From contig CAJWLU010000001.1 in the NCBI GenBank assembly GCA_913043225.1, forward strand, positions 192,001 through 256,000: 64,000 nucleotides of DNA, given 5' to 3'. The stretch is from an uncultured Acidobacteriota bacterium. GTDB taxonomy: Bacteria > Acidobacteriota > Vicinamibacteria > Vicinamibacterales > UBA8438. Positions 58,436-64,000 of the stretch are shown one piece after another (positions within the stretch are counted from its first letter, which is position 1; the number at the start of each line of letters is the position of its first letter). Position numbers and translations under genes: made by a program. Below the pieces are notes generated by a model. That model was not told the DNA's origin and ran no database searches. It was given only the letters and a program-made list of their open reading frames with translations.

Positions 58436-59416
58436 CTACCGCCCTAGCTCCTCCATCCGGGCACCACCGAGCGCATTGGGCACCGAGTAGTTGCCCTCGT
58501 GGCAGGCGTACTCGAACTGGAGATACTCGTCGTCCCGGTTGAAGGGAAACGCCGCGGTCCAAGGGGCGACGTAGGTCTCTTCGTCGTTCATGGTCACCGA
58601 GTAGCGGATCTCATCCGGACCCACAACGGTGAACCGTTCGACGATGTGCTGCTTCTCCGACTGGCGTGACCGGATGCCGGCGCTCGGCCCACGGATGTTC
58701 TTTACCGCCTTGAAATTGGTCGATTCGACGATGAGCGTGTTGCCCTCCCAGCGCCCACGGGGATCACCTTCCCACTGCTTGACCTTCGCATTCGCGTGCG
58801 GCCGATCGATCGGAATAATCCGGGCGTTATGGATCATCTCGCTGTGCATGACGACGTAGCCGGTTGACTGGAGGATCAGGGTACCGTTGTTGTACTCGGT
58901 CGGCATCATCATCCCGAGCACACCACGCGAGATGCACCGATCTCCAGACTCCATGTTGGTCGCCTGGTCGTGTAGCTGCGCCATATTCATGGCGACCGAC
59001 TCGCGCGCGTTCGCGGTGCGCTCGGGAATCCGGCCGTTCGGGGGATCAACAATGATCGACGGCTGTCCGATGGCCTCGGGTGTCTCCCAGTACCAGTCGA
59101 ACCAATAGAAACCGTAGCCGCCGACGCCGCTGGCATTCTCGTGCCCGCGCCATTCAGAGCTCTCGATCCGACCGCGCCCGCGCGCCTCGGCCCGGACCTG
59201 CAGCTCCTCGGAAGTCAGCTCCTGTCCAGCCAGTTCCTCGGGCAGCTCAAGTGGAGTGAAGACGGCCCGCGAGTTGTTCCACATGCCCATAATGTTGGGC
59301 TGCCCGTCGGCCAGCCGCTCAGGCTCCCACCCGTCGGATTGGGCCGCCACCGGTGCGGCGAGGCCTGTCGTCAGGAGACTGGCGCAGATTCCGCACTTCG
59401 TCAGGAAACGAGTCAT
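58436..59416 (-). CDS. conserved exported hypothetical protein, 'EYACHEGN' family (paralog 3)
   Basis: Signal peptide, DPPNGRIP, DRC, EMIH, RGRWEGNTL, EYACHEGNY. Confidence 0.85.
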   Translation of the reverse strand: MTRFLTKCGICASLLTTGLAAPVAAQSDGWEPERLADGQPNIMGMWNNSRAVFTPLELPEELAGQELTSEELQVRAEARGRGRIESSEWRGHENASGVGGYGFYWFDWYWETPEAIGQPSIIVDPPNGRIPERTANARESVAMNMAQLHDQATNMESGDRCISRGVLGMMMPTEYNNGTLILQSTGYVVMHSEMIHNARIIPIDRPHANAKVKQWEGDPRGRWEGNTLIVESTNFKAVKNIRGPSAGIRSRQSEKQHIVERFTVVGPDEIRYSVTMNDEETYVAPWTAAFPFNRDDEYLQFEYACHEGNYSVPNALGGARMEELGR

Positions 59417-59500
59417 CTCTGTCCCTCATGACTAGCTAGCCAGATAGAGGACGGACTCCGTTGACGCTACCGCACGGTGACCGTCACATCGACAGGTCGT

Positions 59501-59529
59501 AATGTGCCGCTCCCCCGGCCACAAGTCAA
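59501..59529 (-). promoter_or_regulatory. sigma70-like promoter candidate for paralog 3
   Basis: Minus strand TTGACT-N17-CACATT; a divergent extended -10 TGCTATAGT lies at 59562-59570 on plus. Confidence 0.4.
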
Positions 59530-59620
59530 GACACCGCAGGCCAACGAAACGTGATGAAACCTGCTATAGTTCGGCGCTTTCTGCCCCTAACCTTCGTCTA
59601 GGAAGGGGTATTCCACCTTC

Positions 59621-61939
59621 ATGACTCTCCAGAGCACGTGGCGACGCAGTCTGTTAGCAGCCGTCGCCTCATGCCTGGCACCACAGCTCCTCTTCGCGCA
59701 GCCCAGACTCCAGTTGCCCGGCTCCGGCTCTGCCGCAGGCGAGATCGAGTTGGTGGCGGAGGCGCCTGGCAAGGTCGCCGCGGCCACGGAGGTCGCCCAG
59801 CCACCAACCCTGGACGGCAACGTGCTGAACGACCCGGCCTGGCGCGGCGTGGTGCCACTCAGCGGGTTCATCCAGAGCGCGCCCGACGAGGGACAGCCGG
59901 CCACCGAGCGCACGGAAGTGCGCGTCGTCTTCACTGAGGACACGATCTACTTTGGGGTGATCTGCTACGACGCGGACCCGAGCGGCATCATCATGACCGA
60001 CAGCCGCCGAGACTCGTCGATGAACACTGCTGACAGCTTCCAAATGATCCTGGACACCTTCTCGGATCGGCAGAACGGATTCGTGTTCGGCACTACCCCG
60101 GCCGGCCAGGAGTACGACGGGCAGGTCACCGACGAGGGCGGCGGCAGCAGTCTGTTCGGAGGAGGAGGCGGCGGCGGCTTCTCACGCGGCAGTGGCAGCG
60201 GCTTCAACTTGAACTGGGACGGCGCGTGGCAGGTGGCGACGGCCATCACCGACGCAGGCTGGACCGCGGAGTTCGCCATCCCGTTCCGTACCATCCGGTT
60301 CCCCGAGCGAGAAGCTCAGTCATGGGGCGTGAACTTCCAGCGGAACATCCGTCGCCGAAACGAGACCGCCTACTGGGCACCGCTGCCCCGGCAGTACAGC
60401 CTCTACCGAGTGTCGATGGCGGGCCAGCTTGGCGGCATTCGGGCACCGATTGGTCTCGGTAGCAACCTGCAGTTCACACCCTACGTGGTCGGCGAGCTGG
60501 CCACCCGCGACAACACTCCCGACCGCGACCCGCTGGCGCTGGGCGACTTCGGTGCCGACCTGAAATACAGCGTAAACACGGGGCTGACGCTTGATGCCAC
60601 CTACAACACTGACTTCGCCCAGGTGGAGGTGGACGACCAGCAGATCAACCTGGACCGATTCAACCTGTTCTTCCCCGAGAAGCGGCCGTTCTTCCTGGAG
60701 AACGCTGGCGTGTTCTCCGTGGCCAACCAGGGGCCAGCCAGCGGCCAGAATCTCGGGCAGACCGAGCTCTTCTTCAGCCGACGCATCGGCATCAGCCGCG
60801 GCACCCAGGTGCCGATCCTCGGTGGCGCCCGGCTCTCGGGCAAGGTGACTGACTCGACCACTATCGGCTTCCTCAACATGCAGACCGACGAGGTGGGCGA
60901 TCTGGGAAACAACTTCACGGTGGCTCGGCTTCGACGCGACCTGCCAAACCGCTCGAGTATCGGCGGACTATTCGTTAACCGGCAGGGCACAGGCCAAGAC
61001 GCGCTCGACAACGACCACAACCGGACCTATGCCTTCGACGGGCGCTGGGGCTTGGGGCAGAACGGCATGGTCCAAGGATTCATCGGCCGCACGGAGACCC
61101 CGGGGCGCACCGGCCGCGATCACGCCGGTAGCCTCTCGGCTCGCTGGGACTCGGAAACATGGCGAGCGGTCGCCGGATACCAAGAGAACGGCGAAGACTT
61201 CAACCCGGAGGTCGGGTTTCTCCGGCGCACGGGTGGGTTTCGCAAGGTCGACTTCGGGATCAACAACACCACCCGTCCAAACGGCTTTCTGAAGTATCAG
61301 GAGCTCACGCCGCACGCGAGCTTCACGCGGTTCTGGAACCTGGACGGAGTGATGGAGACCACCTACGTCCACATGCACTATGAGGGCGAGTTCGAGGATA
61401 GCTCGTCTGCCGGCGTCACCTGGAACATTCGTCAGGAACGGGTCTTCGACCCGTTCATCGTGTCCGGCCTGTCAGTCCCGCCGGGCAGTTACGAGTTCAA
61501 CGAGATCACCTACTCCTACAGCTCTAGTCGCGCGGCCCCGGTCAGTGTCTCCATTCGCGCGACCGACGCCGGGTTCTTCGGCGGCAACATCATCACTATC
61601 CGGCCGTCAATCCGCGCCCGTTACAGTGAGACGCTCAACATGTCGCTCAGCTACAGCCGAAACGACATCGACCTACCGAACGGGAGCACCATCACCAACC
61701 TGACCAGCGTGAGCGTGGCCTACAACTTCTCGCCTCGGCTCTACGCCCAGACGCTCCTCCAGCACAACGACAGCGCCGACCTGTGGTCCCTTAATTTCCG
61801 ACTGGGCTGGCTGCAAGACGCGAACACGGGTCTCTTTTTCGTCTATAACGAGACCGAGGGACTGGGCGAGATAATTCCCCAATTCGCCGGACGCAATATC
61901 ATTGTCAAGTACAGCTACCTCTTCGACGTACTCAATTGA
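59621..61939 (+). CDS. CBM9-like/DUF5916 outer-membrane protein
   Basis: PTLDG, GWTAEFAIPF, NTDFAQVEVD, RFNLFFPEKRPFFLE, FFSRRIG, FNPEVGF, KYSYLF. Confidence 0.88.
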   Translation: MTLQSTWRRSLLAAVASCLAPQLLFAQPRLQLPGSGSAAGEIELVAEAPGKVAAATEVAQPPTLDGNVLNDPAWRGVVPLSGFIQSAPDEGQPATERTEVRVVFTEDTIYFGVICYDADPSGIIMTDSRRDSSMNTADSFQMILDTFSDRQNGFVFGTTPAGQEYDGQVTDEGGGSSLFGGGGGGGFSRGSGSGFNLNWDGAWQVATAITDAGWTAEFAIPFRTIRFPEREAQSWGVNFQRNIRRRNETAYWAPLPRQYSLYRVSMAGQLGGIRAPIGLGSNLQFTPYVVGELATRDNTPDRDPLALGDFGADLKYSVNTGLTLDATYNTDFAQVEVDDQQINLDRFNLFFPEKRPFFLENAGVFSVANQGPASGQNLGQTELFFSRRIGISRGTQVPILGGARLSGKVTDSTTIGFLNMQTDEVGDLGNNFTVARLRRDLPNRSSIGGLFVNRQGTGQDALDNDHNRTYAFDGRWGLGQNGMVQGFIGRTETPGRTGRDHAGSLSARWDSETWRAVAGYQENGEDFNPEVGFLRRTGGFRKVDFGINNTTRPNGFLKYQELTPHASFTRFWNLDGVMETTYVHMHYEGEFEDSSSAGVTWNIRQERVFDPFIVSGLSVPPGSYEFNEITYSYSSSRAAPVSVSIRATDAGFFGGNIITIRPSIRARYSETLNMSLSYSRNDIDLPNGSTITNLTSVSVAYNFSPRLYAQTLLQHNDSADLWSLNFRLGWLQDANTGLFFVYNETEGLGEIIPQFAGRNIIVKYSYLFDVLN

Positions 61940-61959
61940 GTTTCCCAACGGGGGTCGAG

Positions 61960-63303
61960 ATGAATCGGACCGCTTTGGCTCTAGTAGGACTGCTAACAGC
62001 GAGCGCTCTCTCGCTCTCTGCCGAAGACTGGCCGCAATGGCGGGGCACCGACCGCCTCGCTGTCTGGAGTGAGAGCGGCATCGTCACCCAGCTGCCCGAA
62101 GAGTTGAAGGTGACCTGGCGGGTCCCTGTCCGGCATGGGTACGCCGGTCCTGCCGTAGCCGACGGGCGCGTGTTCGTCCTCGACTGGCTGGAGGATCCAG
62201 AGTCGCGCACCGTCGACGGGACAGAGCGGCTACTCGCGCTGGACGAAGAGACCGGCGATGTACTCTGGACCCACGAGTGGACCACCACCTACCGGATGCT
62301 GATGTTCTCCTACGCCGTAGGTCCGCGCGCGACCCCGACCGTGGATGACGATCGAGTCTACGTGGTGGGCGCCACCGGCCGCCTGCTCTGCCTGAACGTC
62401 GAGACCGGCGACGTGATCTGGGAAAAGGACTACATCGCCGACTACGACACCAGCGTCCCGACTTGGGGCGTGGCGAGCGCACCACTGGTCGACGGCGACC
62501 GCCTGATCACTATCGTAGGCGGAGAGCCGGACGCGCTGGTCATGGCGTTCAACAAACACACGGGCGAGGAGATCTGGCGAGCCATCGAGGTCATCTCCGA
62601 AATGGGCTACGGCCAGCCGGTGATCTACGAGGCTGGCGGCACACGCCAGCTCATCATCTGGCACCCCACCGCGCTGACCTCGCTCGACCCGGCGACGGGC
62701 GAGATCTTCTGGAATCAGCCGTGGGAGGTGCAATCGAGCGTGTCAGTGGCCACGCCGGCCCGCGACGGCGACTATCTGTTAGTGTCGCAGTTCTATCGCG
62801 GCTCCATGATGATGCGCCTGAGCTCTGACCGCCCCGACGCCACCATGCTCTGGCAGGGCACCGGGCGGGACAGCCTGCCCGAGGCCACCGACGGGTTGCA
62901 CGCGATGATCACGACGCCGATCGTGGATGGTGACTACATCTACGGCGTCGGCAGCTATGGCGAACTCCGCGGACTTGACGCCAGAACCGGCGAGCGGCTG
63001 TGGATGAGTTCGGACATGACACCGCAGGCAAGGTGGGGTGGCGCCTACATGGTGCGTCACGGTAACCGCTATTTCGTGCAGAACGACGATGGCGACCTGA
63101 TCATCGCCGAGTTTACGCCGACCGGCTACGTGGAGCACAGCCGCACGAAGCTGATCGAACCCACGATGAGCGCCGGCTACGGTCCGAGACGCACCTTCGA
63201 CCGGTTGGTGAGCTGGTCGCACCCAGCCTTCGCCAACCAGCACATCGTGCAACGCAACGACCGCGAGATCATCCGAGCGTCACTCGCCGCCGATGACTAC
63301 TGA
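61960..63303 (+). CDS. PQQ-binding-like (BamB-like) beta-propeller repeat protein, exported
   Basis: Signal peptide, DWPQWRG, GPRATP, repeated TGxxxW motifs, WSHPAFAN. Confidence 0.88.
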   Translation: MNRTALALVGLLTASALSLSAEDWPQWRGTDRLAVWSESGIVTQLPEELKVTWRVPVRHGYAGPAVADGRVFVLDWLEDPESRTVDGTERLLALDEETGDVLWTHEWTTTYRMLMFSYAVGPRATPTVDDDRVYVVGATGRLLCLNVETGDVIWEKDYIADYDTSVPTWGVASAPLVDGDRLITIVGGEPDALVMAFNKHTGEEIWRAIEVISEMGYGQPVIYEAGGTRQLIIWHPTALTSLDPATGEIFWNQPWEVQSSVSVATPARDGDYLLVSQFYRGSMMMRLSSDRPDATMLWQGTGRDSLPEATDGLHAMITTPIVDGDYIYGVGSYGELRGLDARTGERLWMSSDMTPQARWGGAYMVRHGNRYFVQNDDGDLIIAEFTPTGYVEHSRTKLIEPTMSAGYGPRRTFDRLVSWSHPAFANQHIVQRNDREIIRASLAADDY

Positions 63304-63308
63304 CGGCG

Positions 63309-64000
63309 CTACTTCGGCTCGCTCTTGATCCGAAGACCCTCGTCCTGGATGGTCTTGTTGAGCAGGCTCGCGCACGCGTAGAGCGCGCGAAGCGTGGGTA
63401 CCTTAACCCCGGTCATCTCCGCCAGCTCGATCACCACGCCGAGCATCCCGTCGATCTCGAGCGGCTTGCCCACCTCGACGTCCTGCAGCATCGACGTCTT
63501 GTGCTTCCCGACCGACTCGGCGCCTGAGATCCGACGCTCCATCGGCACCCGGAAGTGCGCGCCCAGTCGCTCCGCCACCGCCTGCGCCTCGGTCATCATC
63601 GTGCCCGCCAGCGCGCGCGTCAGCGGGAACTGACAAATATCCACCAGTGTGGAGTGGGTCACGGCGCTGATCGGGTTGAACGTCAAGTTGCCCCAGAGCT
63701 TCAGCCAGATCTCGGACCTGATATCGTCGAGCACGCGCGCCTTGAAGCCACCCTCCCCGAACAATGCGGCCACTGCACGCACCCGGTCCGATTCGCTACC
63801 GTCCAGCTCTCCGACGGGGAACCGATTCCCCTCGACATGCTGGATCACACCGGGTTCGGCAATCGTGGCCGCCGGGTAGGCGATGCAACCGATGACGCGG
63901 TCTGGATCAATCGCCTTGAAGAGCACCCCCCCCGGATCCACAGTTTCGACCACTCGGTCGGCGTAAGGACCGTCGAGCTTCTGGAAGTACCACCACGGTA
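63309..64000 (-). CDS. panE: 2-dehydropantoate 2-reductase family protein (5' part outside window)
   Basis: PWWYF at window edge, IWLKLWGNLTFNPISA, HKTSMLQD, LEID. Confidence 0.85.
   Translation of the reverse strand, partial: PWWYFQKLDGPYADRVVETVDPGGVLFKAIDPDRVIGCIAYPAATIAEPGVIQHVEGNRFPVGELDGSESDRVRAVAALFGEGGFKARVLDDIRSEIWLKLWGNLTFNPISAVTHSTLVDICQFPLTRALAGTMMTEAQAVAERLGAHFRVPMERRISGAESVGKHKTSMLQDVEVGKPLEIDGMLGVVIELAEMTGVKVPTLRALYACASLLNKTIQDEGLRIKSEPK

Noticed and set aside
60135..60205. GGC/GGA-rich run in the second DUF5916 gene
   Set aside because: In-frame Gly-rich loop, not a phase-variable tract
205..63879. Numerous long alternative-frame and antisense ORFs in the track (e.g. 3434-4501, 12511-13704, 15750-16916, 43812-44876)
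   Set aside because: Arg/Pro/Ala-rich shadow ORFs expected in high-GC DNA, overlapping well-supported genes, with no recognisable motifs

Overview
High-GC bacterial chromosomal segment with about 50 protein-coding genes. I found no rRNA, tRNA, CRISPR array or mobile element. The gene content (DUF1592/DUF1552/ankyrin, DUF1553/DUF1501, DUF5916, several PQQ-type beta-propellers, '...ACHEGN' exported proteins) suggests Acidobacteriota, probably Vicinamibacteria/subdivision 6; this is an inference. Left to right: a Cys/His-rich PPPR-ending leader-like ORF; exported proteins, DinB, recQ and a fused spermidine-synthase-like gene; a lipid-modification cluster resembling furan fatty acid (ufaM/D/O-type) genes with a desaturase and an XRE-cupin regulator (8.1-16.7 kb); amidase-GerMN-rph-rdgB; a Pho locus (porin, pstSCAB-phoU-phoB-phoR) with two matching Pho-box promoters; a roughly 24 kb block of mostly uncharacterised exported redox/metallo-proteins (31-55 kb: six CxxCH motifs in four proteins, two Tat substrates, a heme c-fused PHM/DBH-type copper monooxygenase, three PQQ dehydrogenases, two of three 'ACHEGN' paralogs); two DUF5916 proteins flanking the third paralog; and a partial panE-like gene. 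Reading the intergenic DNA directly gave two small gene remnants (a GT4 N-terminus and an OmpR/PhoB wing) and a shared 21-bp motif in the lipid cluster. All family assignments come from recognising motifs by eye, not from database searches. Start codons were refined by hand.
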